Shown piece after piece: positions 44,466-56,010 of a stretch of DNA of 64,000 nucleotides. Every line of letters starts with the position of its first letter. Positions within the stretch are counted from its first letter, which is position 1. The position numbers and the translations under genes were made by a program. The stretch covers positions 7,326 to 71,325 of the forward strand of contig CAZNVH010000041.1 of NCBI GenBank assembly GCA_964576525.1, read 5' to 3'. Under the pieces are notes generated by a model. The model was not told where the DNA came from. It did no database searches and saw only the letters and a list, made by a program, of their open reading frames with translations. Origin of the DNA: an uncultured Enterobacteriaceae bacterium. GTDB lineage: Bacteria; Pseudomonadota; Gammaproteobacteria; Burkholderiales; SG8-39.

Positions 44466-45770
44466 ATGAGGAGATACCGGGACGACCCGGGCGCGCTGCA
44501 GGCGCTGGTAGAAGCCGACCGGGTGCACCGCGACGTCTATATCGACGCGGAAGTCTTCCAGCTCGAGATGGAACGCCTGTGGGCGCGGACCTGGATCTAT
44601 GTCGGCCACGAAAGTCAGGTGCCGCAGCCCGGCGACTACATCACCGCCGACATCGCGGCGAAACCGGTGATCGTAGTGCGCCATACCGACGGCAAGGTGC
44701 GCGTGCTGATGAACCGCTGCGCCCACAAGGGCACCAAGGTCGTGGGAGACCTCGTGGGCAATACCGGCAAGACGTTCCGTTGCCCGTACCACGCGTGGAC
44801 TTACCGTACGGACGGTTCCCTCCTGCAGGTTCCGCTCAAGGGCGGTTATGAAGGAACCCGGGTCTACGAAACCGAGGCCGGTCGTGGCCTGGCGCGCGTC
44901 ACCCACGAGACCTATCGCGGGTTCGTGTTCGCCCGCCTCGCCCCCGGCCCGGGGTTCCGCGAGTACTTCGGCGATTCGCTCTCCTCCATCGACAACCTCG
45001 CCGATCGCTCGCCGGAGGGCGAGCTCGAGATCACCGGCGGCTGCCTGCGCTACCTGCACAACTGCAACTGGAAGATGTTCGTCGAGAACCTGAACGACAT
45101 GATGCACCCGATGATCGTGCACGCCTCCTCCGCCGGCACTGCGAAACGGCTGTGGGAAGGCCAGCCGGCGGACCGTCCCAAGCCGATGGCGGTCGAGCAG
45201 TACGCGCCCTTTGCCAACGACTACAAGTTCTTCGATGACATGGGGGTGCGCGTTTACCCGCACGGCCACGGCTTTTCCGGGGTGAATTTCTCGATCCATT
45301 CTTCGTACTCGGCGATCCCGGACTACGAGGAGGCGATGAAGCGCGCCTACGGCGCGGAGCGTGCGCAGCAGATCCTGGGCACGGTGCGCCACAACACCGT
45401 CTACTACCCCAGCCTCACCATCAAGGGCGCGATCCAGTCGATCCGGGTGGTGCGGCCGCTTGCCGCCGACAAGACGCTGATCGAGTCCTGGACTTTCCGC
45501 CTCAAGGGCGCGCCCGACAAGCTGCTCGAGCGCACGGTGATGTACAACCGGCTGATCAACTCACCCATGTCGGTGGTCGGCCACGACGACCTGCACTGCT
45601 ACCGCTCGGCGCAGGAAGGCCTCGCCGCCCCTGGGAATGAATGGGTGAGCCTTCACCGGAATTTTAATGAAAGTGAATTGAACGAAAAAGAACTCATCTG
45701 CAACGGCACCAGCGATATCTCCATGCGCAACCAGTTCCGCGCCTGGAGGGAATTCATGGCGGCCGGATGA
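44466..45770 (+). CDS. Rieske aromatic ring-hydroxylating oxygenase alpha subunit
   Basis: Rieske ligands CAH..CPYH; mononuclear Fe motif NLNDMMHPMIVH; distal Asp in GHDD. Confidence 0.92.
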   Translation: MRRYRDDPGALQALVEADRVHRDVYIDAEVFQLEMERLWARTWIYVGHESQVPQPGDYITADIAAKPVIVVRHTDGKVRVLMNRCAHKGTKVVGDLVGNTGKTFRCPYHAWTYRTDGSLLQVPLKGGYEGTRVYETEAGRGLARVTHETYRGFVFARLAPGPGFREYFGDSLSSIDNLADRSPEGELEITGGCLRYLHNCNWKMFVENLNDMMHPMIVHASSAGTAKRLWEGQPADRPKPMAVEQYAPFANDYKFFDDMGVRVYPHGHGFSGVNFSIHSSYSAIPDYEEAMKRAYGAERAQQILGTVRHNTVYYPSLTIKGAIQSIRVVRPLAADKTLIESWTFRLKGAPDKLLERTVMYNRLINSPMSVVGHDDLHCYRSAQEGLAAPGNEWVSLHRNFNESELNEKELICNGTSDISMRNQFRAWREFMAAG

Positions 45771-46240
45771 GCGAAGCGGACCTGATTCGCTTCGTCCTGC
45801 GCGAGGCGCGCCTGATCGACGAGAAGCGCTTCGACGAGTGGTACGAGCTGTTCGCCGACGACGCCTATTACTGGGTTCCGATCGCTCCCGGGCAGAGCGA
45901 TCCGCTGGGCCACAACTCGCTCGCCTACGAGGACAAGTTCCTGCTCAAGCTGCGCATCGAGCGGCTGAAGCAGCCGAACGCCTTTTCGCAGAAACCGGCG
46001 AGCCGCTGCCAGCACCTGCTGCAGACCCCGGAGCTGGAGAAGTCCGACGCGGCGCGCGGCGAGTACCTGATGCGCACGCCGTTCATCTATACCGAGACCC
46101 GCGGCGACGATTCGCAGCGCTATGCCGCAACCGCCTGGCACACGTTGGTTACTTCAGACGCCGGGCTGCGCATCCGCCTGAAGCGCGTGGACCTGCTGAA
46201 CTGCGACGCCGCCCTGCCCTCGATCCAGCTTTTCCTGTGA
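45767..46240 (+). CDS. Ring-hydroxylating oxygenase beta subunit
   Basis: EARLIDE.RFDEW, YYWVP, KRVDLLN; ATGA overlap with alpha. Confidence 0.9.
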   Translation: MSEADLIRFVLREARLIDEKRFDEWYELFADDAYYWVPIAPGQSDPLGHNSLAYEDKFLLKLRIERLKQPNAFSQKPASRCQHLLQTPELEKSDAARGEYLMRTPFIYTETRGDDSQRYAATAWHTLVTSDAGLRIRLKRVDLLNCDAALPSIQLFL

Positions 46241-46953
46241 GCGCGGCGCTCGTCACCGGCGGCAGCGCGGGCATCGGGTTGGCGGTCGTGCAACGGCTGC
46301 TGGATTCCAATGTTGAGGTTTTTTCGTTGGACGTGCAGCCGCCGCCGGCAGCGCATCAAAAGCTGAATTACGTGAAGGTGGATCTCACCGACACCGCCGC
46401 GACGAGAAAAGTCTGCGAAGACCTCAGGAACCGCAGGATCACCACGTTGATCCACAACGCCGGGACAATCCGCCCTGCTCTCCTGCCCGACGTCAAGCTC
46501 GAGGACTTCGAGGCGCTGGTCCACCTGCACCTTTCGGCGGCGATCCTGCTGCTGCAGGCGACGCTGCCGGCGATGAAGGCCGCGGGCTACGGCCGCGTGG
46601 TGCTGGTGTCCTCCCGGGCGGTGCTCGGCCTGCCCACGCGCACGTCGTACTCGGCGACCAAAGCCGGCATCCTCGGGATGGCGCGCACCTGGGCGCTCGA
46701 GCTCGCGCCGCAGGGGATCACGGTCAACGTGGTGGCGCCGGGGCCGATCGAGACCGACAACTTCCACAGCATCGTGCCGCGCGGCAGTCCCCAGGTCGAG
46801 CGCATCGCGCAGGGCATCCCGGTGAAGCGGTTGGGCCAGCCGGCCGACGTGGCGCGCGCGGTGCTGTTCTTCGCCGACCGGGAAAACAGCTTTGTGACCG
46901 GCCAGGTGCTGTACGTCTGCGGCGGCACCAGCGTCGGCAGCCTGGCGCTCTAG
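46237..46953 (+). CDS. Short-chain dehydrogenase/reductase
   Basis: GTG start; TGGSAGIG, HNAG, YSATK. Confidence 0.9.
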   Translation: MSAALVTGGSAGIGLAVVQRLLDSNVEVFSLDVQPPPAAHQKLNYVKVDLTDTAATRKVCEDLRNRRITTLIHNAGTIRPALLPDVKLEDFEALVHLHLSAAILLLQATLPAMKAAGYGRVVLVSSRAVLGLPTRTSYSATKAGILGMARTWALELAPQGITVNVVAPGPIETDNFHSIVPRGSPQVERIAQGIPVKRLGQPADVARAVLFFADRENSFVTGQVLYVCGGTSVGSLAL

Positions 46954-46958
46954 GCCGA

Positions 46959-48620
<1,662 letters not shown>

Positions 48621-48630
48621 GTCAGGCCCG

Positions 48631-48636
48631 ATTATA
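48631..48636 (-). promoter_or_regulatory. -10 element (TATAAT) for tRNA Gly-Cys-Leu operon
   Basis: Perfect TATAAT 10 nt upstream of tRNA-Gly 5' end, adjacent to pgsA stop. Confidence 0.6.
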
Positions 48637-48638
48637 GG

Positions 48639-49214
48639 TCAACCGGGGGTCGCCGCGTGCGGCAGCGCCTTGCGCAGGTAGTAGAGCATCGAGATCACGG
48701 TGAGCACTGCCGCGATGTTGATCAGCACGGTGCCGAGCCACTGGCAATCGATCAGCCCGAACAGCCAGTCGTCGTACAAAAGGAGAGGGATTGCGATCAT
48801 CTGGCCGACCGTCTTCAGTTTGCCGATGAACGCGACCGCGACACTCCTCGACTGGCCTACTTTAGCCATCCATTCGCGCAACGCGGAGATGGCAATCTCG
48901 CGGCCGATGATGATTAAAGCCACTGCGGTTTCGACCCTGCCTTCCTTCAGTAGCACGATAAGCGCACCGACGACGATGAGCTTGTCGGCCACGGGATCGA
49001 GAAAGGCGCCGAAAGCCGACATCTGGTTGAGCTTGCGCGCGAGGTAGCCGTCGAGCCAGTCGGTAACCGCGGCGAAGATGAACACTGCAGTCGCGGTGAT
49101 GTTCTTGCTCGAAGGAGAGAGCCATTCGTCGGGCAGGTAGAAGATTCCGACGATCAGCGGGATCAGGATGATCCGCGACAGCGTGACCAGGTTAGGGACG
49201 TTGAGCGGGATCAT
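48639..49214 (-). CDS. pgsA: CDP-diacylglycerol-glycerol-3-phosphate 3-phosphatidyltransferase
   Basis: PNLVTLSRI, TDWLDGYLAR, GAFLDPVADK, GREI. Confidence 0.96.
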   Translation of the reverse strand: MIPLNVPNLVTLSRIILIPLIVGIFYLPDEWLSPSSKNITATAVFIFAAVTDWLDGYLARKLNQMSAFGAFLDPVADKLIVVGALIVLLKEGRVETAVALIIIGREIAISALREWMAKVGQSRSVAVAFIGKLKTVGQMIAIPLLLYDDWLFGLIDCQWLGTVLINIAAVLTVISMLYYLRKALPHAATPG

Positions 49215-50989
49215 GCGCTGGCGGACTCGTGCAGGTGGCGGTAGATGCGCTCGGCGAGCGGCCGGCTGATGCCCTCGACCTTGGCGATGTCGTCGATCGC
49301 CGCGGCCTGGACGCCGCGCAGGCCGCCGAAATGCTCGATCAACGCCTGGCGGCGCTTGGCGCCGATGCCGGGGATCTCGTTGAGCATCGAGGTGGTGCGC
49401 GCCTTGCCGCGCCGCGCGCGGTGGCCGAGCACCGCGAAGCGGTGCGCCTCGTCGCGGATCGCCTGGATCAGGTGCAGCCCGGGGTGCGAGGGCGGGAGCT
49501 GCAGCGCCTGGGCCCCGCCTTCCAGGATCAGCTCCTCCTCGCCCGGCTTGCGCCCGGGCCCCTTGGCGACGCCGACCACGCTCACTTGGTGTAAACCCAA
49601 ATCATGTAGAACTGCACAAGCAACCCCTACTTGCCCCTTGCCGCCGTCGATCAGGATCAGGTCGGGAATCCGGCCCGCCTCGGCGCTGACCCGCTCGTAG
49701 CGGCGCGCGAGCGCCTGGCGCATCGCAGCGTAGTCGTCGCCGGGCGTGATATCCCGGATGTTGAAGCGGCGGTATTCGGCCTTCTGCATCTGCTGGCGAT
49801 CGTAGACCACACAGGATGCTACCGTTGCCTCGCCCATCGTGTGGCTTATGTCGAAGCATTCCACGCGCTGCGCACCCTCCGGCAGGCCCAGCGCCTCGCG
49901 CAACGCGAGCAGCCGACCCTCCTGCGTCGCCCGGTCGCGCACCCGCTGCGCGATCGCCAGCAGCGCGTTCTTGCGGGCCATGTCCAGCCAGACCCGCCGT
50001 TCGCCGTGCGACGGGTTCACCACGTTCGCGTTCTCGAGCTCCACGGGCTCGCTCGTGACCACAAGCGCGGGCAGCGGCTGCTCCAGGTAATGCTGCCCGA
50101 GGAAGGCGGAGACGACCTCGGCTTCGGCGGCGCCCTCGGCGTTCGCCGGAAAGAAGCTGCGGTCGCCGACGTGGCGGCCGGTGCGGATCATGACCAGGTT
50201 GACGCAGGCGATGCCCCCCTCGACTACGCAGGCGACCACGTCGGCGTCGACGCCGTGGTTCGATTCGACGTACTGGCGCACCTGAATGCGGGACAGCGCG
50301 CGCACCTGATCGCGATAGGCGGCAGCCTCCTCGTAGTGCCGCGCGTCGGACGCGGATTTCATTCGCTCGCCCAGGTTCCGGATCACGTCATCCTCGCGGC
50401 CCTCGAGGAACAGCGCCGCGTTGGCCACGTCCTCGGCGTACGGCTGCGCCGCGATCTGGCCGGTGCACGGCGCGCTGCAGCGCCGGATCTGGAACAGCAG
50501 GCAGGGCCGCGAGCGGTGCTCGAACACCGTGTCCTCGCAGGTGCGCAGGCGGAACACCCGCTGCAGCAACTGGATGCTCTCGCGCACCGCGTGGGCATGC
50601 GGGAACGGCCCGAAGTAACGGTGGCGCCGGTCCTTGGCGCCACGGTGGAAGCCCAGGCGCGGAAACGGGTGCCCGGTCAGCGTCAGGTAAGGGTAGGACT
50701 TGTCGTCGCGGAACAGGATGTTGTAGCGCGGCGCGAGGCTCTTGATGAGGTTGTTCTCGAGCAGCAGCGCCTCGTCCTCGGAGCGCGTCGCGGTCACCTC
50801 CACCGCGGCCACCTGCGACAGCATCATGCGGATGCGCGGGCTCTCGACGGTCTTGTGGAAGTACGACGCGACGCGCTTCTTCAGGTCCCGCGCCTTGCCG
50901 ACGTACAACGGCTCCCCGGCCCCGCCGAGCATGCGGTACACCCCGGGCAGATTCGGCAGCCCGGCGACGAAAGCCTTGGCATCGAACAA
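49211..50989 (-). CDS. uvrC: Excinuclease ABC subunit C
   Basis: GIY-YIG PGVYRM..LYVGKA, ECFDISH, DGGKGQ, RDEAHRFA, HhH; TTG start inferred. Confidence 0.95.
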   Translation of the reverse strand: MFDAKAFVAGLPNLPGVYRMLGGAGEPLYVGKARDLKKRVASYFHKTVESPRIRMMLSQVAAVEVTATRSEDEALLLENNLIKSLAPRYNILFRDDKSYPYLTLTGHPFPRLGFHRGAKDRRHRYFGPFPHAHAVRESIQLLQRVFRLRTCEDTVFEHRSRPCLLFQIRRCSAPCTGQIAAQPYAEDVANAALFLEGREDDVIRNLGERMKSASDARHYEEAAAYRDQVRALSRIQVRQYVESNHGVDADVVACVVEGGIACVNLVMIRTGRHVGDRSFFPANAEGAAEAEVVSAFLGQHYLEQPLPALVVTSEPVELENANVVNPSHGERRVWLDMARKNALLAIAQRVRDRATQEGRLLALREALGLPEGAQRVECFDISHTMGEATVASCVVYDRQQMQKAEYRRFNIRDITPGDDYAAMRQALARRYERVSAEAGRIPDLILIDGGKGQVGVACAVLHDLGLHQVSVVGVAKGPGRKPGEEELILEGGAQALQLPPSHPGLHLIQAIRDEAHRFAVLGHRARRGKARTTSMLNEIPGIGAKRRQALIEHFGGLRGVQAAAIDDIAKVEGISRPLAERIYRHLHESASA

Positions 50990-51047
50990 GAATTCATTAT
51001 AAATCGTGTAAAATTCGCGCCCTTTTCGCAGAGCGTCATTCACTGTC

Positions 51048-51614
51048 ATGGCCAAGGTCGAAGCGGTAGGGATCCGCCCCGGGAATTTGATCGAGTGGGA
51101 CAAGCGCGTCTGGCGCGTGCTCAAGTCCTACCACGTGCACGTCGGCGGCCGCGGTGGCGCGTTCATGCAGGTCGAGATGAAGGACATCGAGGCCGGCACC
51201 AAGACCAACCAGCGCTTCCGCACCGAGGACAAGGTCGAGCGCGCCTACATGGATGGGCGCGACATGCAGTACCTGTACCAGGACGGCGACAGCTACGTGT
51301 TCATGGACAAGGAGAACTACGAGCAGCTGTCGCTGCCGGCGGACTTCCTCGAGGGTCAGGCGGGCTACCTGCTGCCCAACACCGAGGTGCAGATCAGCTT
51401 CTACAACGGGCGCCCGATCGGCATCGAGCTGCCGCCGTCGGTGGTGCTGACCGTCGAAGACACCGAGCCCGGCATCAAGAATTCCACCGCCACCAATTCC
51501 TTCAAGCCAGCGAAGATGGAGACCGGAATCACGGTGCAGGTGCCGCCCTTCATCAACAAGGGCGAGAAGATCAAGATCGACACCGCCGAAGGCACTTACA
51601 TGGAGCGCGCGTAG
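51048..51614 (+). CDS. efp: Elongation factor P, atypical tip loop (HVGGRGGA)
   Basis: QYLYQDGDSYVFMD, IELP..V.L.V..TEPG, KPAK.ETG..VQVPPFI..GEKIKIDT..G.Y.ERA. Confidence 0.93.
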   Translation: MAKVEAVGIRPGNLIEWDKRVWRVLKSYHVHVGGRGGAFMQVEMKDIEAGTKTNQRFRTEDKVERAYMDGRDMQYLYQDGDSYVFMDKENYEQLSLPADFLEGQAGYLLPNTEVQISFYNGRPIGIELPPSVVLTVEDTEPGIKNSTATNSFKPAKMETGITVQVPPFINKGEKIKIDTAEGTYMERA

Positions 51615-52633
51615 CCGAGCGCGCCGAGCGCCTCCTGCGCTTCGCGGTAGGCGACGCTTTTTCGGAGATCTCGCCCGCCCTGCTTCCGCATCCGGTCCAG
51701 GCGCCCGGCGTTCCCAAGGGAAACGTCCTTTAGGGAATCCAGCAGCGCGTCGAGCCCCTTGGGGTCGTTGCATAACAACACCATGTCGCAACCAGCGGCC
51801 AGCGCGGCGCGGGCGCGCTCGGGCGGGCCGCCGGCGGTGCTCGCCCCCGCCATCGACAAGTCGTCGCTGAAGATCAGCCCGTCGAAGCCCAGCTTGCCGC
51901 GCAGCACTTCCTGCAACCAGTATTTCGAGTAGCCTGCGGGCTCGGCGTCCGCCTGCGGGTAGACCACATGCGCCGGCATCACGGCCGCGAGGCCGGCCTC
52001 GATCGCTTTCCGGTAGGGCAGGACGTCCTTTTTCAGGACATCGGCAAGCGCTCGCTCATCTCGCGGTACGGCAACGTGGGAGTCCGCGGAAGCGAATCCG
52101 TGGCCCGGAAAATGTTTGCCGACCGCAGCCATCCCGGCGTCGGCGAAGCCCTGCACAATGGCGCCGGCGAGGGCGCCGACGGCGTTGGGGTCGTAATGCA
52201 GCGCGCGGTCGCCGATCACGCTGCTCGCGCCGTAGTCGAGATCGAGCACCGGCGCGAAGCTGAAGTCGAGGCCGTGCGCGCCGAGCTCGGCGCCGATGAC
52301 GTACGCGGCGGCGCGCGCCGCCTCGCGGGCCAGGTCCTGGTCGCGGTCCCACAGGCGGCCCAGCTCGCGCATCGCCGGGATCGCGGTGAAGCCCTCGCGG
52401 AAGCGCTGTACCCGGCCGCCCTCGTGGTCCACGCCCACCGGCAGCGCGGGCTCGCGCAGCCGCTCGATATCCTCGGCCAGCAGGCGCAGCTGCTCGGGCG
52501 CTTCATAATTCCTGGAGAAAAGAATGACCGCGCCGGTCGCCGGGTGGCGCAGGCGCTCGCGGTCGTCGTCGCTCAGCACCGGCCCCACGACGTCTGCGAC
52601 CACAGGTCCCGGCGGCAGCCTTACTTTTCGCAC
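51596..52633 (-). CDS. nagZ: Beta-N-acetylhexosaminidase
   Basis: VILFSRN, VDHEGGRVQRF, KHFPGHG, IFSDDLSM. Confidence 0.95.
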   Translation of the reverse strand: MRKVRLPPGPVVADVVGPVLSDDDRERLRHPATGAVILFSRNYEAPEQLRLLAEDIERLREPALPVGVDHEGGRVQRFREGFTAIPAMRELGRLWDRDQDLAREAARAAAYVIGAELGAHGLDFSFAPVLDLDYGASSVIGDRALHYDPNAVGALAGAIVQGFADAGMAAVGKHFPGHGFASADSHVAVPRDERALADVLKKDVLPYRKAIEAGLAAVMPAHVVYPQADAEPAGYSKYWLQEVLRGKLGFDGLIFSDDLSMAGASTAGGPPERARAALAAGCDMVLLCNDPKGLDALLDSLKDVSLGNAGRLDRMRKQGGRDLRKSVAYREAQEALGALGYARSM

Positions 52634-53004
52634 TCGAGGATCACGGTGGCGACCGCGACGCCGCGCTCGTCGGCGAGGGAAAGATGCGCTTTCGACACGC
52701 CTCTTTCCTCAAGGAGCTGTTTCAAGGGTTGTGAAAACTCGAGAACCGGCTTACCCGAGGCCAAGTTCCTGACCCATACGCCGTGCCAGTTGGCCGGCGC
52801 CTTGATGCCGGTGCCCAACGCTTTCGTGAAGGCTTCCTTGGCGGCAAAACGCTTGGCGAGGTAGGCGGCAGGCTGCCGGTGCCCCTGGAACCGCTTCAGC
52901 TCGGGATCGCAGAGGATGCGGCGCGCGAAGCGCTCGCCGAAGCGCCCGAGCGCCTTTTCGATCCTGCCGATCTCGACCACATCGGTGCCGACGCCGTAGA
53001 TCAC
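52621..53004 (-). CDS. acpS: Holo-ACP synthase
   Basis: GVGTDVVEI, AKRFAAKEAF.KALGTG, SLAD. Confidence 0.95.
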   Translation of the reverse strand: MIYGVGTDVVEIGRIEKALGRFGERFARRILCDPELKRFQGHRQPAAYLAKRFAAKEAFTKALGTGIKAPANWHGVWVRNLASGKPVLEFSQPLKQLLEERGVSKAHLSLADERGVAVATVILECEK

Positions 53005-53747
53005 CGCGCGGCCTGCACCATCAGGCTCTTCATCTCGCGCACCGCCTCGCGCATGCCGATGAACAGGGCGCGCGACACGATGGCGTGGCCGATATGCAGC
53101 TCGCGCACCCCCGGCAGCCGCGCCACCGGCTCGACGTTGAAGTAGTTGAGCGCGTGGCCGGCGTTGAAGCGCATGCCGAGCGAGCGAATGACTTCTCCCG
53201 CGTTCTGAATTTTTCTCAATTCTGAAATAACGGCAGGGCTTTCCGCGTCGCGGCCCTTCGAATGGAAGGCGTGGGCGTACGGGCCGGTGTGGACCTCGCA
53301 GACCGTCGCGCCGATGCGCTTCGCCGCCTCGACCTGGCGCAACTCGGCGTCGATGAAGACGGAGACGACGATTCCCGCGTCGGCAAGGCGCTTCACGATA
53401 GAAGACAATTGTTTTTCCTGACCTGCAACATCCAGGCCGCCCTCGGTCGTCACCTCGTGCCGCCCCTCCGGCACCAGCATCGCCATCTCGGGCTTGAGGT
53501 GGCTGGCGATGCCGACCATCTCGTCGGTCGCCGCCATCTCGAGATTGAGCTTGATGTGCGTCAGCTCGCGCAGCCGGCGCACGTCCTGGTCCTGGATGTG
53601 GCGCCGATCCTCGCGCAAGTGCACCGTGATGCCGCCGGCGCCGCCGAGGTGCGCTTCGACCGCCGCCCAGACCGGGTCGGGCTCGTAGGTGCGCCGCGCC
53701 TGCCGCACGGTGGCGACATGGTCGACGTTGACACCCAGTTCGATCAT
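53001..53747 (-). CDS. pdxJ: Pyridoxine 5'-phosphate synthase
   Basis: LGVNVDHVATVRQAR, TVHLREDRRHIQ, TTEGGLDV, NAGH, ELHIGH. Confidence 0.97.
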   Translation of the reverse strand: MIELGVNVDHVATVRQARRTYEPDPVWAAVEAHLGGAGGITVHLREDRRHIQDQDVRRLRELTHIKLNLEMAATDEMVGIASHLKPEMAMLVPEGRHEVTTEGGLDVAGQEKQLSSIVKRLADAGIVVSVFIDAELRQVEAAKRIGATVCEVHTGPYAHAFHSKGRDAESPAVISELRKIQNAGEVIRSLGMRFNAGHALNYFNVEPVARLPGVRELHIGHAIVSRALFIGMREAVREMKSLMVQAAR

Positions 53748-53757
53748 GGTTGCCCGA

Positions 53758-54474
53758 TCACAGCTCGTTCAGCTCCAGCAGCACCGCGCGCGTGTGCAGC
53801 ACCTGGCCGTGCAGCCGCTGGCCGATGAGAGAGCGCAGCAGCAGGCGCGCCTCGTCGCGCGTCTCCGGGCGGCCGTAGCGGTCGGCGGCGACGTCGAGCA
53901 GCGTCTGGCCGCTGACGCTGGGCTGGCTGGAAGCGGCGCTGTTCAGGGGCATGGGTCCGCGTTCGGGCTCGTAGACGTAGCGCCGCGCCGGATCGATTGC
54001 CGCGCCGGTCGCCGCGTCCTGCTCGAGCAGCGGAGCATACCCGAGCTCGGCGAGCAGGCGCTTTTCGAAGGCGCGCAGCACCGCGGCGTGGTCCGGGTCC
54101 CGGGACAGCGCCGCGAGCGACTCGCCGTAGATATCGAACAGGGCTTCGTGCGGGTCGTCGCGCGGCAGGAGCCGCAGCAGCAGCTCGTTGAGGTAAAAGC
54201 CGCACATCAGGGCGCGCCCGCCGAGCGGTGGCGAGGCGCCCGACCACTCGCCGGAAATCAGGTTGCGCAGCTCGGCCGCGGCGCCCCAGCTCAGGCGCAG
54301 CGGGTGAAAGGACAGCAGCACGCCGCGCATCGCCGAGCGCGGACGGCGCGCGCCGCGCGCCAGCAGCGCGATGCGGCCGAAGCGCCGCGTGAGCGCCTCG
54401 ACGATCAGGCTGGTCTCCTTGTAGGGATACGTATGCAGCACGTAGCCCGGCTCGTGCTCGGTCCGGCTTCTCAT
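53758..54474 (-). CDS. recO: DNA repair protein RecO
   Basis: GYVLHTYPYKETSLI, CGFYLNELL, LRAFEKRLL.ELGY, LHTR. Confidence 0.94.
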   Translation of the reverse strand: MRSRTEHEPGYVLHTYPYKETSLIVEALTRRFGRIALLARGARRPRSAMRGVLLSFHPLRLSWGAAAELRNLISGEWSGASPPLGGRALMCGFYLNELLLRLLPRDDPHEALFDIYGESLAALSRDPDHAAVLRAFEKRLLAELGYAPLLEQDAATGAAIDPARRYVYEPERGPMPLNSAASSQPSVSGQTLLDVAADRYGRPETRDEARLLLRSLIGQRLHGQVLHTRAVLLELNEL

Positions 54475-55352
54475 TCGTAGCCGAGCTGGCGCAGCACGCG
54501 CGCGTCGTCGGTCCATGACTTGCGCACCTTCACCCACACCGCGAGGAACACCTTGCCGCCGAAGAGCTTCTCCATGTCCTGACGCGCCGCCGTGGCCATC
54601 TGCTTCATCTTCTGGCCGCCGGCGCCCAGGACCATGGCCTTCTGGCTCGCGCGCTCGACCAGGATGGTGGCCTCGATGCGCCGCAGCCGCCCTTCTTCCT
54701 TGAAGCTCTCGATCAGCACCTCGCAGCGGTACGGCAGCTCCTGGCCCATCCCGATGAACAGCTTCTCGCGCAGCAGCTCCGCGGCGAAGAAGCGCTCGTC
54801 GCGGTCGGTGAGCTGGTCGGGCGGGTACGCCGGCGGCGCCTCGGGCAGCGCGTCGCGCATTACGCGCAGCAGCTCCAGGATGTTGCGGCCGGTCTTCGCG
54901 CTCACCGGGACGATGGCCTCGAACGCGCGAGTCTTCGACAGCCGGTCGAGGAACGGGATCAGCTGCTGGGCCTTCATCAGGTCGATCTTGTTCACGACCG
55001 CGATCACGTGCTGCGCGACGGGAATGCGCGCCAGCACCGCCTCGTCCTCGGGGCCGAAGCGCAAGGCCTCCACCACGAACAGGGCCACGTCGGCGTCGCG
55101 CGCCGCCTCGGTGGCGCGCTTGTTGAGCCTGCGGTGCAGCGTGCTCTTCGCCTGCAGCTGCTGCCCTGGCGCGTCGACGAACACGTACTGGCAGTCCTCG
55201 CGCGTCAGGATGCCGGTGATCAGGTGGCGCGTGGTCTGGGGCTTGGCCGAGACGATCGACAGCTTCTCGCCCACCAGGCGGTTCAGCAGGCTCGACTTGC
55301 CGGTGTTGGGGCGCCCGGCAAAGCCGATGGTGCCGCAGCGATGCGCGCTCAA
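54471..55352 (-). CDS. era: GTPase Era
   Basis: TTG overlaps rnc TGA; GRPNTGKS, KPQTTR, DAPG, NKID, KH domain. Confidence 0.95.
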   Translation of the reverse strand: MSAHRCGTIGFAGRPNTGKSSLLNRLVGEKLSIVSAKPQTTRHLITGILTREDCQYVFVDAPGQQLQAKSTLHRRLNKRATEAARDADVALFVVEALRFGPEDEAVLARIPVAQHVIAVVNKIDLMKAQQLIPFLDRLSKTRAFEAIVPVSAKTGRNILELLRVMRDALPEAPPAYPPDQLTDRDERFFAAELLREKLFIGMGQELPYRCEVLIESFKEEGRLRRIEATILVERASQKAMVLGAGGQKMKQMATAARQDMEKLFGGKVFLAVWVKVRKSWTDDARVLRQLGYE

Positions 55353-56005
55353 CGCTCGAGTCTTTCCAGCATCTTCTGCGCAGCTTCCTGCTGCGCGCGC
55401 TGCAGCGAGCTGCCGTTTCCCCGGGTGTGGAGGTCGAGCTCCGGCAGCACGCATTCCACCTCGAAGGAGAGCCGGTGCGCCTCGCCGAGGGTCGCGACCA
55501 CGCGGTACTCGGGCAGGCCCTTGCGTCGCGCGTGCATCATCTCCTGCAGGCGGCTCTTCGCGTCCTTGGCGCTGTTCGCGGGGTCAAGCCGCCCGAGCAG
55601 CGGGCCGAAAGCGCGTAGCGCCGCTTCGCGCGCCGCGTCATAGCCCCCGTCCAGGAAGATCGCCCCGAACAGCGCCTCGACGCCGTCGGCCAGCACCGAG
55701 GGGGTGACCGTCTGGCGGGCGGCCAGCCGCAGGTGCGCAGCCAGGTCCAGGCTCGCGGCGACCTCGACCAGGGCCTCCTCGCGCACCAGGCTCTCGCGCA
55801 AGCGCGACAGCCGGCCCTCCGCAAGCGCCGGGAAGCGGGCGTACAGCTCGTCGGCGATCGCGCAGCCGAGGACGCCGTCGCCCAGGAATTCCAGCCGTTC
55901 GTTGTTGTCCGCGCCCCAGCTCGCGTGCGTCAGCGCCTGCTCGAGGAGCCGCGCTTCGGCGAAGCGGTAGCCGAGGCCTTCCTCGAGAGCCGCGGGTCGA
56001 GGCAA
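55349..56005 (-). CDS. rnc: Ribonuclease III
   Basis: ALTHAS, NNERLEFLGDGVLG, dsRBD KDAKSRLQE. Confidence 0.96.
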   Translation of the reverse strand: MPRPAALEEGLGYRFAEARLLEQALTHASWGADNNERLEFLGDGVLGCAIADELYARFPALAEGRLSRLRESLVREEALVEVAASLDLAAHLRLAARQTVTPSVLADGVEALFGAIFLDGGYDAAREAALRAFGPLLGRLDPANSAKDAKSRLQEMMHARRKGLPEYRVVATLGEAHRLSFEVECVLPELDLHTRGNGSSLQRAQQEAAQKMLERLER

Positions 56006-56010
56006 TTCGC

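Noticed and set aside
50990-51124. N-terminal extension of the uvrC ORF
   Set aside because: Runs into efp on the other strand; homology starts at TTG 50989, just after a TATAAT
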